Below, in pieces: positions 11,934 through 25,510 of a DNA stretch of 64,000 bases. A program made the translations under genes and the position numbers. Origin of the DNA: the human T2T-CHM13v2.0 reference genome, Homo sapiens. The DNA is taken from the NCBI RefSeq assembly GCF_009914755.1, contig NC_060929.1; one strand, 5' to 3'. The notes under the pieces were generated by a model. The model ran no database searches. It saw nothing but the letters and a program-made list of their open reading frames with translations, and had not been told where the DNA came from. Position 1 is the first letter of the stretch. Each line of letters begins with the position of its first letter.

Positions 11934-13764
11934 CCAAACACTTCCTGAAAACAGGTAATTTTATTTTAGCAAGTAAAATGTTACTTCTATTATGATATTA
12001 CTATCTAATAATCTATGTGCCCTGAACAGCACTTCAAATGCAAATAACTATTCTGTCGATGGCTACACCTGTAAAATAGACCAAATGATATTACATTAAC
12101 AGTTTATCAACCTGCCATTATTAATTTTAGAATCCTGAGAATCATGAAATAGCAGAAGGAGTATGCTGACTGCCTATGGAATCCCAACAAATTAGATAAA
12201 TGTAAATGTCAGAACCAACCAAAGTAGTCAAGCTTTGGAATCATTGTCCAAACTTTGGCAGATACAGCAGGCTATGGCAACAATGGGGAACAGGGGGCAA
12301 ATTTTCCAACTCACAGGCAGAGCTGGTGAAAAATCTGGGAAGGTAAGCAACCATGCATTCCAATGAATAGATCTCAGCCCAGGTTCTCTAAAAAAAAACC
12401 CAAAGCCAGAATGCTTGGTCAATTTGACCCCCTTAATGCATATAGATGCTTTTGTATGCCTGCATACCACATTTCCATATTGAAATACAATAGAAGTGTA
12501 AAGGTGGACTTACATAAGCCAAGTCACTTCTTATAGAAGTTGCTCCTAGGCATATGATGAACTTTGGTTAAAGTAGACACAATTAAAAATATATAAAAGT
12601 AGATAATCACTAGTAAAACACATGACATACTTATCTGGGCATTATTTATTCAAAAGTGTAGCTAAGTGACAAAGGCATGGCCACTTGATATTGGGGACTT
12701 TGATGAAAGTGTCATTGGTAGGGGTGATTAGGATGAGGGAAGATGGATTATATTGTCTCCAGAGCCTCATCCCTTTCAACATTGGCACTTTAAGAAATTA
12801 GAGTTTATAACTTCATCAAAAACTGATCAGGTTCTGGGGAAATTCATTAACTCAACTCACAAGGTAGTGATTTATTAACTAAAAATTTATACTGGGAATT
12901 GTTTATCTAGCAAGATGAATATTATAATTCATTTGAATGGGAGACCTCTGTCTGGTGTACTCTGGAGAGTAAATGATATCAGGAAGTGAGTTAGTGTGAT
13001 TAAAACTAAAGGCAAAGCAACCCCATTTTAAAATTCAAGTGGCAGTGTCTTCAAAATACTTCCATTGTCTATGTTCAAACTATTTCTGATAAGATAACCT
13101 GGTACCAGCTTTTAGAACAATAGCCTCAAAAACCTATGAAGAGTTGCATGTTATTCTTCCAGGTCTCTTGTGACAATACAGACTTAGATATATCATAATT
13201 AATTATATCACTTCCTTTATTATGAAAACCCAACCCTACTTTTCTGAGCTGAGCTGTAAAAGATACCATCATCTCTAGTGGTTCAGTGAGTATGGCAAGT
13301 GCTGTGATAAATAAAGTTTTACTTAAGGACTTCTCAAAGCCTTTGCCATGATAATGCTATGTGAGACTCTAAGAGGAGAAAGTTAAAACACACAAGCTCC
13401 CCAATTTATTTTAAAACTAAGCCATTGTACCTTCTGGTTCTTAGTTTTGTTTTTTCCTCTCAAATTCTTATGGAATGGATATTCTTCTTCAGAACAGACG
13501 TTAAGAACCTTAGCCCTAAGTTTGTAAAAATAACTAGGACCATTTCTGAGAGTTATGTTCCTGGAGTTCACTAGGGCTTACTTCTTGCACATTGATTTCA
13601 ATTAGCTCCAGTTTCAGAGGGCAATGTTTTTATCTGATTAGTTCTCAATGTAGGTGACATTTGAGCTTAAAATGGAGTTTTCTGATCTTGTTTCTAATAT
13701 CTAAGAATCTGTTTGGAGCCCCATATATATTGACTGCCATTTGGTGCTGAGAATCAAGAAGTCT

Positions 13765-13946
13765 TGCACTTTTTAATTTTGAAATACGTATCAAATAATG
13801 GGAATTTGAACAAAATGTACAGGATGATATTTTGTAGCTTTCACCCAGCAGTAACAGACTGTATAACTATAGTAAACCCAAACCAGAAAACTGACATTGG
13901 TACAATCCAGACTTCATTCAGATTTCACCAGTTTTACATGCACTCA

Positions 13947-13995
<49 letters not shown>

Positions 13996-14010
13996 TTGTA
14001 TGTCATCTTC
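13765..14010 (-). mobile_element. L1MC4/5-type 3' fragment
   Basis: aaccagaaaactgacattggtacaatccagacttcattcagatttcaccagttttacatgcactcatttgtgtg is typical of the L1MC4/5 3'UTR in antisense. Confidence 0.6.
13949..13993. repeat. (TG)22 microsatellite
   Basis: Perfect TG run, expanded from a native tgtg stretch of the L1MC fragment. Confidence 0.97.
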
Positions 14011-14254
14011 TATGTCCTAAGAATTCGAATTTGGACAGTCCTTATAAGACAGTACCGGGACAAATATATGGGGGGGAGGTCTATTTAAACCCAGGACAGA
14101 TTATTTTGTTTTTCTTTTAGTAAAATTTCAGAAATGTTCAGAAGACTTTGCATTTCCCCTGAATACTTTCCTCAGACTTATTTCTGATGTCCGGAATGCT
14201 TCAGTTAATAGATAAAGTATTTCTTAACAAAGAGGTAATAATAATTTTTTCTTC

Positions 14255-15325
14255 ATATACCTATTTAACAAATGTTTACTTAGGTTCTACCATATGCCAG
14301 ACACGTTGTAGGTGCTAGGGAAATTACAGTGAACAAAACTAAATCTTTGCTCTTGTGAATTTTATGCCTTAGAAGGGGGATGTCAAAAAGCAAAGTATAA
14401 AATCCTCCAGGTGGCAATAAGGGCTGTGAAGAAACCTAATCTGGAATTAGGTGTAAATGGGGGCTAGTTTACACAAGAGGTTTAGAAAAAGCCTCTCCAA
14501 TAAGGTGGCATTTAGGGAGAGGCTGAAGGGGAAATTGAGAAGCAAGGGGAAAGTCATTGAGTCAGAGGGAAGAACACATAAGGAAGCCCTGAGTCACAAG
14601 CTTGCTTTGTGTGTTTTCAGAACAGCAAGGAGGCTAGTGTGAGACTAGCATAGCATGATGAGGAGACCGTAGAAGGACTTGAGGTCAGAGAAGTGACAGA
14701 AGCCAAATTATGTGGGGTCTTGTAAACCATAGTGACAAGTTGGGATTTTAGTCTGAGTGATCTGAGAAACCATTGGGCATTGGGCAGATTTGAGCAAAGA
14801 ATTGATGCAATTTAACTCAGTTAAAAATATCACATAGGTTTCTAGTTAGAGAGAACAACAGTGGAAGCAGGAGATAAATAAAAAGGCTACTAATGATAAC
14901 ACAAAGGTAAGCTGATGGAGGCTTTTCCACTAGCTGTAGCAATGGAGGTGAAGAAGAGTGGTCAGGTTCTGGACATATTTCAAAGGAAAAATCAATAGAT
15001 TTGCCTATGGAATGCATGTGGAGAGTGAGATAAAGAGGAACTAAGGGTGAATGCAAAGTTTTGGCTTGAGCTACCAAAGTGAAATTGCCATTTATGGAGA
15101 TGAGGAAGACTGTGAGGATTGCTAGTGTTGGAGGAAAGGGTGAAGGAGTCAATAGCTCAGTTTTGAATATGTGAATTCTGAGATGACTATTAGGTGCCCT
15201 AGTAGCTGAGCATATGAATCTGGAGTTCAGGGGACAGGTCTGCTCATTATCAACACAGAGATGATGCTGAGGGCCATGGGACTGGATGAGAACAGCCAGG
15301 GAGAGGGTTTAGAATCAGATAAAGA
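14255..15325 (-). mobile_element. L2 (L2a-like) fragment
   Basis: atttaacaaatgtttacttaggttctaccatatgccagacac (L2 3' end in reverse), then purine-rich L2 body (ggttttggcttgagctaccaaagtgaaattgccatttatggagatgagg). Confidence 0.8.
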
Positions 15326-15329
15326 GAGG

Positions 15330-15490
15330 AGTGCTTACTATGAACCAAGTAATGTTCTAAGTTCTTTGTGTTTAATTGCTCATTTCATCCTCACGACTCT
15401 ATAAAGTAGAAACTCTTCTTTCCCCTCATTGTACAGGTGTGAGAACTGAAATTTAAAGAGGTTATAAAACTTGTCCAAAGTGACACAGCC
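15330..15490 (-). mobile_element. MIR fragment
   Basis: ctcatttcatcctcacgactct...cccctcattgtacaggtgtgagaactgaa...cttgtccaaagtgacacagc. Confidence 0.65.
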
Positions 15491-15904
15491 AATCTGGTTA
15501 TAAAAAGCTTACTTTATTGATACCGTACTTGTTGATAAACCTTGAAATTTAACCCCTGGATGAAGCAAGACACTGTTGTAAATGGCTACTTAGCTGAAAA
15601 TGGCACTTAGCAGCCAGGACAAGAAAAGAGAAGAGTTTATTTATTTCCTAAGATAAAAACCCTTATAATATGCAATCTTGATACTCTCATCATTGTCAGT
15701 CACCCTCAGTTAAGCAGAGCAGAGGTCACAAGGACTGCTCCCATGCTCTTTACTGAAGAGTGGTTCCCTTTCGTGTTGGCACCACTTCATAGCAAATCTT
15801 TCACACAGAAGCATAGTTTTGGGTGGGGGCTCTTTAAGGGGATCCAGACTCCATATCATTTACATGATTCATTCTCTGATCCTGTTTTGACTGGGTTGGT
15901 TTCA

Positions 15905-16400
15905 ATCATTCATTAGACACCTATTTCTTCTGGTCTATTATGAGATGTGTGAGATGTATTGGGGATGGAATAATAAATAAATAGAAATAATCTCACTCTA
16001 CTCAATGAGCTTTCATACTAGTAGAAAATAAAAGATCAAGAACAAGTACACAGACAAGTAATTCAAATAATTATAAATTGTGGCAAATTCTATGAAGAAA
16101 ATAATGATGCAGCAAAAGCAAACAATAACAGGGAGATCTAGTTAGGGTGAATCAGAAAGGCCTTTCAGAAGAAGTGCTATTTAAGCCAATGCTTGAGGGA
16201 TGAGCAGGAAATGCCCATGAAAAAAAAAAGATAGAAGGACATTCCACACAGTGAGGGCAGCAAGAGATCAGAGGCGCTGGGATTTCAGCAAACTTTGGTA
16301 ACTGAGCACAGCTAAGACAATGTGTTTGGAGGGGGCTGAATGAATAGGAGGCCCTGAGTATCTTTTACAGTACAGTGTAAGAATATAAAGTGATTTAATT
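15905..16400 (-). mobile_element. L2 fragment
   Basis: tcaatcattcattagacacctatt... and atcagaaaggcctttcagaagaagtgctatttaagc L2-like motifs. Confidence 0.55.
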
Positions 16401-16869
16401 TAAAATGACTCAGATATTGCTTTACTTCTATAATCCCATTCAGACAAAAAAGATTGCTGTGAATCCAATAATTTTATGACAGAGTAAAATATATTCATTT
16501 TGTAAAGGTTACCAAGACCCTGACTGTGTGTGGCCACTTGAAGATAATATTTATTCAGTCCAATTGTTTTGGAAAAAGTTCTTCTGGCAATCTCAATAAC
16601 CGGTTGCTGCATAATAATCTGAATTTGGCTCCAAGTTATTGGCCCAGATGAGCAGACCATAGCTAATCCTCCATTTCTCTTTACACAGGCAGGGCCCAGA
16701 GCTGATCATTTCTACACTGCTTTGACTAAGTCCTCTTCTAATCATATGTAATAACAATTTCTATTAATCAGTTTTCTAGGTGTGTAAGGATTACAAGGAA
16801 TTTATCCATGTAAGAAGGAGCAAATTTAGGTAGCTTTGCCCTTAAAATGTTCACATGGAGTAAGCAATT

Positions 16870-17095
16870 TGTCAGTCTTACCTTTTTCTATTATAAGAGG
16901 TAGGAAACCAATTCAAACTAAATCATGCCATTTTGCTTATGTGTTTGCATTACTGGTTCACACGGTCAAAATATGGAAAGGGGAAGAATAGGGAAGGAAG
17001 GCCCTGTATAGAATACATTCAAGAGCTTGAATGACATCAAGATCCTTCCTCACTGCATAAACTTGATACTTCTTACTGCATTTGGGTTTGTCTCA
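16870..17095. mobile_element. MLT1J/K-like LTR fragment (likely continues at ~18195-18350 beyond the L2)
   Basis: aagaggtaggaaaccaattcaaactaa resembles the MLT1 motif gcaagtgacagaaacccaactcaaact. Very diverged. Confidence 0.4.
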
Positions 17096-17099
17096 TTGA

Positions 17100-18180
17100 T
17101 TCATTTAATTAATTCTGTAAACATTTACTGAGCAACTACTTATGTATGAAGCACTGTATTAAGGTCTGGTTAGAGTGGTAATCAAGTCAGGCCAATTCTG
17201 TGCACAAGTATATAACACTTTGTACGCTTTTCTAGAGAGTAAAGGCAGAATTTAAACTAAAAATAAATTCGTACATAATCTAATTTCAAATAGTAAAATA
17301 TTTCATAAATTTCATAAAAAAGCAATGTAGGATAAAGTAAGGGACTAAGGCTAGAGGAAGGCAATGGAGTACTTTAATTAAGGTGATCAGGAGAGCCTTC
17401 CTTAAAGAGATGATACTTGACTTGAGATCTGGAGCATTACATAGAAGCAGTCATTCAGAGCTCTGTGGCAAGAACATTCCAGAAAGAAGGATCCACAAAT
17501 ATAAAGACCTTAAAAAAGTGAAAATGACCTTAGTGTATTTGAAGGGCAGAGGCAAGGCTCATATGGGTGAAGCAAAAAGATCTATGGGGAAAGTAGGATG
17601 TAGTTGTTGAATAGACAAGAACCTATTATCTAGGGTTTCCTAGCTTACGGTAAGAAGTCTAGACTTTTAGTTTTAAGAGGAAGTCATTGGAAACTTTTAA
17701 GCAGAAAATGAAAAGCTCAGGTATAAGCTTTAAAAATATCTTTCTAGTGGAGAACAGGCTGTAAGAAATCAAGCATTAGGAGGTAGATACTTCAGTCCTA
17801 GGGAGAAACTACAGTGGTGTGGATTCAGGTAAAAACTATAAAGTTGGCAAGAAATTACTCAACTAGGGTTATATTTTGAAAGTAGAGCCAAAGAGACTTA
17901 TGAATGGATTGAATGTGAGAGCACAGACAGAAATAAGCAATGCAATTCAAAGGATATTTCCCTGAGCAGAGGAGGTAGATGTGTAGCTAGTTGAGCTATT
18001 TACTGATATTGGAAAAACTGGAGGAGGAGAAGGTTTAAAGAGCACTATTGGGAGAAATCAAGAATCCAGCTCAACATCCTCATCAACCATAAAGGGAGAG
18101 ATAAGTAGATTGTAGCCACTGGAGCCTAGTGTTTAAAGAAGTCTGCATTGGAGACAGAGATTTGGGGCCATCAATATTAT
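17100..18180 (-). mobile_element. L2 fragment
   Basis: attctgtaaacatttactgagcaactacttatgtatgaagcactgt, gtgatcaggagagccttccttaaagagatgatacttgacttgagatctg, ggagacagagatttggggccatcaata. Confidence 0.75.
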
Positions 18181-18551
18181 AAATAAAATTCATAACAAGA
18201 ACATGGCTGAAGGCAATTCTCAGCTCAGATCCCTTTAGTTCAAGAAATCAATGGAGGAAAGAGAATGTCTCATTCCAGTTTCCACAAGGAGAATCCTAGG
18301 CAAGAACTCTTATTCATCTGGCTTGGATAATTTGTCCTTCTTTTAGCAGCTGTGTCTATTACTCCAGAGCAAAATGTAAAAATAACAACCTAGCATGGAA
18401 AATATGCTTTGCTCATCTTTATATTTGCTATTTCCCATAAGAACACTCTCCAAAAAATATTGTATTCCCTGTCTTTTAAAATAATGGATGCTTTATTAAA
18501 TAGCAATCTCTACTTATAACACACACCAAATATATGGGAGTTTATCTAGAT

Positions 18552-18735
18552 GAGTGGTCTGAAACTTGAACCCATATTAGACTCACATGCAGGACTTTGA
18601 AAAACACACATTGCTGGGCCCTGTGCCCAGAGTTTCTGATTCTAGAAGACTAAGTTGCCCAAGAATGTATTTTTCTAACAAGTTCCCAGTGATGCTGATG
18701 CTGCAGAGATGGGCACCACCCTTTGAAAATGACTC
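18552..18735. mobile_element. MER5A (hAT-Charlie MITE)
   Basis: gtggtctgaaacttgaa...gctgggccctgtgcccagagtttctgattc...ttctaacaagttcccagtgatgctgatgctgc...ctttgaaaatgact. Confidence 0.8.
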
Positions 18736-18763
18736 CTATATAATGTAAACCAAACAACATTAG

Positions 18764-19132
18764 TGTATTAGTCTGTTTTCATGCTGCTGATAAAGACATA
18801 CCTAAGACTGAGCAATTTACAAAGGAAAGAGGTTTAAGCAAGAACTCACAGCTCCACGTGTCTGGGGAAGCTTCACAATCATGGCAGAAGGTGGGGAGGA
18901 GCAAGTCACATCTTAGGTGGATGGCGGCAGGCAGAGAGAGAGCTAGTTCAGAGAACCTCCCGTTTTTAAAGCCATCAGATCTTGTGAGACCCATTCACTA
19001 TCACTAGAACAGCATGCAAAAGACCCAACCTCATGATTTAGTCATCTCCCATTGGGTCCTTCCCACAACACATGGGAATTATGGGAGCTACAAGATGAGA
19101 TTTGGGTATGGACACAGAGTCAAACTGTATCA
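18764..19132 (-). mobile_element. THE1 (MaLR) solo LTR
   Basis: tgtattagtctgttttcatgctgctgataaagacatacc ... gatgagatttgggtatggacacagagtcaaactgtatca; TG...CA termini; 5-bp TSD attag/atttg with 1 mismatch. Confidence 0.92.
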
Positions 19133-20889
19133 ATTTGTAATTAAAAAAATTGAGGCTAAGATTATGTCTTTTGTTCTAAAATTTATTTTCTGTTTTTACT
19201 TTATGCTGTATAATCTTTGATATCAAATTTCCAGATAATGGAGAAATGCAAAGTACAGCCTGTTACTAATATTTTTTTCTATATGACTTGGAAGAGTTGA
19301 ATGACCAAATGGAATGTCCATTTATGTTTGTTCTGCTTGTTGGTGCCTGGTTCATTGGTACATTGTGTATGTGTGTGTATGTAGGTGCATATTTATTATT
19401 GCACAATACTCTGAACTTATTATTCTGTCTCTTAGAAATTATGCTTGGTCATGAAGCTGACCAAGTCTACAATGAGGATGATAAAAAAACATACAATGTT
19501 GGGATACTGAACCCAGAAGTTAAAAATAAAAGTATTATCATTGAATGCTCTCAGAGAGTTGATACTATTATCTTTCATTTTACTATTATCTTTCATTTTT
19601 TTATAAAACAATTATCACTGTGTGCCAAGCCCTGTGCTAGGCCCTGAAGATACATAAATAAATCAACTATTTTGACTAATTCTTTAAAAAACTTTTCTTA
19701 CAATTAGTTTTGTTAATATGATTGCAGTATAGCCAAAATTATAATTTTAGATGTGAGATATCAAGGAAAATCAATGAAAATAAAATATCATACTTTTTGT
19801 GGGGCTGGGGAAAAATTTTCAGTGCTGAATAATTTCCTCTGTTCTCTGTTCATTTCATGTATGGCCATGGGCAAGGAACTCCCAGTAAAGCACTTCTATT
19901 CCCATAACAGGTTGTAACTTCCTCTGGCATGGCATAAAACTTAATTTCATGTGTGCCAGGCAACACTATTTTCCAAAGCTCAAGCTAATTATATGAGATT
20001 TATCTGTGTGGAAACACAGGGATTAAGCAAGAAGGAAAAAATAGGAAAAAAATATTTAGTGGCTGTGTTTAACAAAGTATAATGAAAACAAAGGTTATAG
20101 AAAACAAAGTCTTTCCTGAAATAAACACCTACCCAGTGAAGGTAACTGTGAATATTCTGTTGTTGCTTTAATCATGGCCTAACAGAAACTGCTACCAATA
20201 ATACAAAAATACAAAACAGACATATTTGCCTTTAAGCCAGTACCGGAACCTTCATTAACCTTATATCTTCTCTATACCTGTTACTACGCTTTCTGGTTCT
20301 TACTTTCTGATGATTATTCAGTAGAACCTCTGTTTAGAAAAAAAAAATGCCTCCTTATCGTTGTAGTATGCTAATTTTTCATGGAAAGCATATTATTTAA
20401 AAGAATACATTTATCCTCCAAATAATTCTTTATAATTAATTGTTTTGTCTGTAAGCCCTAATTTTACTTATCTAACTTTTTCCCCCTGGGATTAGTTGTT
20501 TTCCTCATATTGCCTAATTGCACGTTATATCCTGCTCCAATTTTCATATTTCACAATTACTTTATCCGAGGGGAAAAAAGACTCCAGTATTTTATTTCCC
20601 CTAATACAGAGTTTTAATTTCCTCAATTTCCAATCTTAATATTTGTCTTTTCCTTCATAGGCATAGTTGTAATATTTATCAGTTGCGATGACCCTAATCT
20701 TTCAAATATGAGAAGACACTCTTGAATATTCTGCATCTTAGTTATCTATTATTTATTTGGATGACAGGATTTTTGTGATAAATGAGGATAAAAAAACGTC
20801 TGTTATTTGTTCAGGTTAAGGCAAATTCCACATGTTTTCTGAATTTAATTAATTAGCACCAGCTTCTTCAACTTTATTTACCACCTTCC

Positions 20890-20916
20890 TTTTTTTTTTT
20901 TTTTTTTTTTTTTTTT
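20890..20916. repeat. T27 homopolymer followed by gcag
   Basis: Directly visible; no adjacent retroelement body recognised. Confidence 0.9.
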
Positions 20917-21375
20917 GCAGAATAACCAATTCTTCAAAGTAAAGCTGTACTTTCTGCTTTACAAGTTAGCTCTACAGTGGATATAATTATCATCTGAAGT
21001 GAAGCCTGGAAGTCCTGTGGCCTACTTCAGAGTTAGGATTAAATCAGATTACACAGACCCCAGAGTGGTTTTCTTCCCCTGTATTAAGGCCACTGGTCTG
21101 ACTTGCTGGTAGAGCAGTTGAAATATTATACTGTTGCTCCTTTGGGATCTGAAGACCTGTATTAGATTCTTCCCCATGAGTGAAGTCTACAGGCTTCCCA
21201 AGTTATTTAACCGCTTTGTGGCTTTCTGTAACTCTCCTTAGTATTCTCTCTTCTCTTATCGTTTCCTCATTTGTAATACATAAATAAAAATGATCTAAGT
21301 AATGGGTTACTAAAAGGACTAAATGAGATAAAGGATACAAAACCTATTTTTATGTCACTGTGATACAAAAATTGA

Positions 21376-22420
21376 TTAATTAGATCCCATTTGTCAATTT
21401 CTTTAAACTGAAGAGCTTCTGCACAGCAAAAGAAACTACCATCAGAGTGAACAGGCAACCTACAGAATGGGAGAAAATTTTTGCAATCTACTCATCTGAC
21501 AAAGGGCTAATATCCAGAATCTACAGTGAACTCCAACAAATTTACAAGAAAAAACAAATAACCCCATCAACAAGTGGGTGAAGTATATGAATAGACACTT
21601 CTCAAAAGAAGACATTTATGCAGCCAACAGGCACATGAAAAAATGCTCATCATCACTGGCCATCAGAGAAATGCAAATCAAAACCACAATGAGATACCAT
21701 CTCACACCAGTTAGAATGGCAATCATTAAAAAATCAGGAAACAACAGGTGCTGGAGAGGATGTGGAGAAACAGGAACACTTTTACACGGTTGGTGAGACT
21801 TTGTAAACTAGTTCAACCATTGTGGAAGTCGGTGTGGCGATTCCTCAGGGATCTAGAACTAGAAATACCATTTGACCCAGCCATCCCATCACTGGGTATA
21901 TACACAAAGGATTATAAATCATGCTGCTATAAACACACATGCACACGTATGTTTATTGTGGCACTGTTCACAATAGCAAAGACTTGTAACCAACCCAAAT
22001 GTCCATCAATGATTGATAGACTGGATTAAGAAAATGTGGCACATATACACCATGGAATACTATGCAGCCATAAAAACTGATGAGTTCATGTCCTTTGTAG
22101 GGACATGGATGAAGCTGGAATCCATCATTCTCAGCAAACTATCGCAAGGACAAAAAACCAAACACTGCATGTTCTCACTCATAGGTGGGAATAGAACAAT
22201 GAGAACACATGGACACAGGAAGGGGAACATCACACACCAGGGCCTGTTGTGGGGTAGGGGGAGAGGGGAGGGATAGCATTAGGAGATATACCTAATGTTA
22301 AATGACGAGTTAATGTGTGCAGCACACCAACATGGCACATGTATACATATGTAACAAACCTGCATGTTGTGCACATGTACCCTAAAACTTAAAGTATAAT
22401 AATAATAATAATAATAAAAG
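21376..22420 (+). mobile_element. 5'-truncated L1PA4/5-like element with a 25-bp 5' inversion
   Basis: ORF2 C-terminal remnants (ORFs 21578-22276), 3'UTR, (aat)n tail. 21376-21400 is the reverse complement of aaattgacaaatgggatctaattaa. Confidence 0.93.
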
Positions 22421-22589
22421 AAATGTTTATTGAAATCTTTCAGTATTGAATGTTGGGGTTAGCACTCAAAAGAAGGAATGTGACTGGAGGGAGAACTGGA
22501 GCATAGTCTTTGATTACATTTGCAGTATAAGTATACAGTTTCTACTTACATTGTAAAGTTTGAGGAGGACACAGCTCTGAGCATCTCCA

Positions 22590-23040
22590 GACCTCCTTCC
22601 ACACTTCTTCACCCTGCCCTGCACCTCCAAGGATGATCCGTGTGGATGGCATCAGCAAGCTCCCTTCCCATCTAGCTTCCTATTGAGTTTGATCACAGTG
22701 GGCATTGGCTGTGTTCAAGAGAGAAGGAGAATAAAATAAAAGTTGCCATTCCCTAGGTCCTTTATAGCAGAGTTCTTTTAGTTTGGCTTGTCTAAAGTTG
22801 CAAATTATCAAAGTCACAACTCCTAAGGGATAACCTCTCAGCTCTTCTCATTCTCGGGGTTCCATTATACTTCTTCTTGCCCTTTCAGAACTAGGGATGG
22901 TTATTGTTTCCAGATGTTACTAGTCCGAAGAAACTGCCCTGTCATTTGTAGTTACCTAATATCCTACCAATAGTAGACATTGTCTTAAATTCCTCAAATT
23001 ATCCCCCTGTGGTTTGATTATTTTTCTTCAACTGCTTGAA
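22590..23040. mobile_element. LTR33-like (ERVL) LTR
   Basis: cttcttcaccctgccctgcacctccaaggatgatccgtgtggatggcatcagcaagctcccttcccatctagcttcctattgagtttg resembles LTR33. Confidence 0.55.
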
Positions 23041-23519
23041 CAGCAGGCTAAAGAGAGATAATTGGAAAGGCAATTTTAATGCTACAATCTTGGTCCATAG
23101 ATGGTTCAGATGTTTTTCTGTCCTCCTGAAATTCATTTTTTTTTTGGGGGAAAAGACAGATGTACAGATAAATAAATATTTACACAAGATGGCAAAGTCT
23201 TCAAGGTTTGAGTATCCACAGAGACCCTAGTAACTCCCAGCATAAGCTGTAGCAATGATAATGATTTTTGTATCATCGCCTGGGTCAGACCCCTGTTATC
23301 TGTCACCTGCACAACAACAAAACTGCCTCCTTGTTACTCTCTCTGTTGCCCATCTGGTGAAAAGCACTATTCTGTTTACATCATGCAGTGATGTTCCTCA
23401 TTGGCCTTGGGATAAAGTGCAATCTCCTTGGCATGATAAGCCTGATAAATCTGATGTTTTCCTAAATTTGGCTTGACTTACTGCCCTGGTCTCACTTTCG
23501 GTGCCTTAATAGTTTAAAA

Positions 23520-24790
23520 CACATGTGGACATAAATAACGTAGGATTCCTAACCTGTACCCTATCCACAAATCAGTTCTATGTTGATTAAAGACCAAAGT
23601 ATACAAATCAACTTTAAAATTTTTAGGGAAAAATCTGGGAAATCTAGGAAATATGTGTGACTTCTAGTAGGAAATGGCTTTAAAATAAGACACAATGAGT
23701 GCAAATGATAAGGACAATATTTATGTATGTATTTGAATATTATGAATAAAAAGTTTATCAAGAACTTTTTTTAATTTAAAAGTTCAAAGTCTGGTAGAAG
23801 ACATGGACAATACAAATAACTCACAGAAGAGCAAAATCCAGAATAAAAAGAACCCCAACATGTTGATAAGAAAAACATAATAGCCTAATTAAAAGAAATG
23901 ACAAATGTAATAGCAAAAGTGTAGAGGAGGGAAAAACTTGAATACCAAATTAACCTAAAAATTGTGTTTCTTCTCACTAGTAATACATGAAATGGTATTT
24001 AAATGTAATTCAATTCTAATGCATGCCAATCAGGTTTACAAACATGTCAAAGTTTGATAATGTCAATTGCTGGAGTATGTGGAATAAGAGAAACCCTTAT
24101 AAATTAGTGTACCTGCTTTGGAGAGCAATTTAGTAATACCTAGTTAAGTTGAAGAAGTGAAATATTTTTGTCAATAACTAGGATGGTTGAAATGTTCATT
24201 CCCATGATTCAAGTTGTCAGTATATGCTCTAGAGAAAGTCCTGCACATTTCCACGTGGGCACCTGGGTAATATACAGAAAACATCTAGAGAAACACTACT
24301 GTAGTATGGGAAAATAAAGAACCTCAACAGATAAAATAGTTAAACAAACTGTGATGTTTCCTTAAAATTGAATAGATAAATAAAATGTGATGTTTTATTA
24401 AAACTGAATAATATCAAATTGTAAAACTGAAGGCACTACAGCTATACATATAAAAATGGATGAACATCGTAGCATATATTTAAATGAAAAAGCAATTTTA
24501 TGAAGAATGCATGAATTACAATACTGCATATGGAAATTAAAATAAACTAAACATTGCTTTATATTGTTTGGGATAAACATATATATGAAAAGTATAAAAA
24601 TTGATGGATATATAAACCCTACCTTCTGAATATTGGTTACTTGTAACAAGGGATGAGGGAAAGGAGTACATTCATCAGACTGTCAGGAAATTTTCATTCT
24701 GTTGGCAATGTGTTCTTTCTTGAGGTGGGTCTTTTAAAAATTATTCTCTATATGTTTTCCACATATTTCATATTATCTTATAATGAAAAA
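23520..24790 (+). mobile_element. Ancient L1ME 3' region
   Basis: Degenerate ORF2 C-terminus and 3'UTR motifs (gattaaagaccaaag, ttctcactagtaatacatgaaatg, gctttggagagcaatttagtaatacctagttaagttgaag). Confidence 0.65.
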
Positions 24791-25309
24791 TAGATGTAAT
24801 GGCTTCTTAAAAATTTTAGTGAAAAATAAACGAACCGTACACTTCAAACAGTTATCATAGGGTTAAACACATGCAGAACAGAGTTTCAAGAAGTTTCTGT
24901 CCTCTTCTTTTTCTCTTCTATCTTCTTGGTAGGAATCACTTCCTCCTGTATTCTTTTCCCTTGTCTCTATTTTAATAAGTGAGGAATGCGGTGGCAAATG
25001 TGTGTACTCTAACTTATAGCCTAGACTCAAATTTGTGATATCAGTCATACCTGACCTGTCATCTAGTGTCAATTATTCAATCTCTTTGTAACTTAATTTT
25101 TTCCATATGAAAAATAAAAAGAGAAATTGTGTTTATGTTGCAAATTTAATTCTATGTTAATTTAATCCAGATGAAATACTTAATGTAGACTCTGGCCAAA
25201 AATGAAGTCCATTAATCTGTCTATTTTGTAACCAACCAGATAAAAATTACAGTGCTAGTTAATGACACAAAGTCTACTAAGATTAAGATATATCTTTTAG
25301 GAATAATAT

Positions 25310-25510
25310 GTGTCACGCACTGTGCCAAATTATGTGTTTGATATATTATCTCATTTAACACTCATAATGTAAGAGTCAGGTGCTAGCATTATCTAATTTG
25401 CAGATATCGAAATGGAGGTATAGTACCTAAATGGGTCCTGAGATAAAGGGGAAGAATCTGGATACAAATTTATTCTGGTTGAATCTAAAGCCCAGTATTT
25501 TAATCATTAA
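25310..25510 (-). mobile_element. MIR fragment
   Basis: attatctcatttaacactcataatg...tttgcagatatcgaaatggagg...ggatacaaattta. Confidence 0.55.

Noticed and set aside
19563-19598. 18-bp direct repeat tactattatctttcattt x2
   Set aside because: A simple slippage duplication, not an array.
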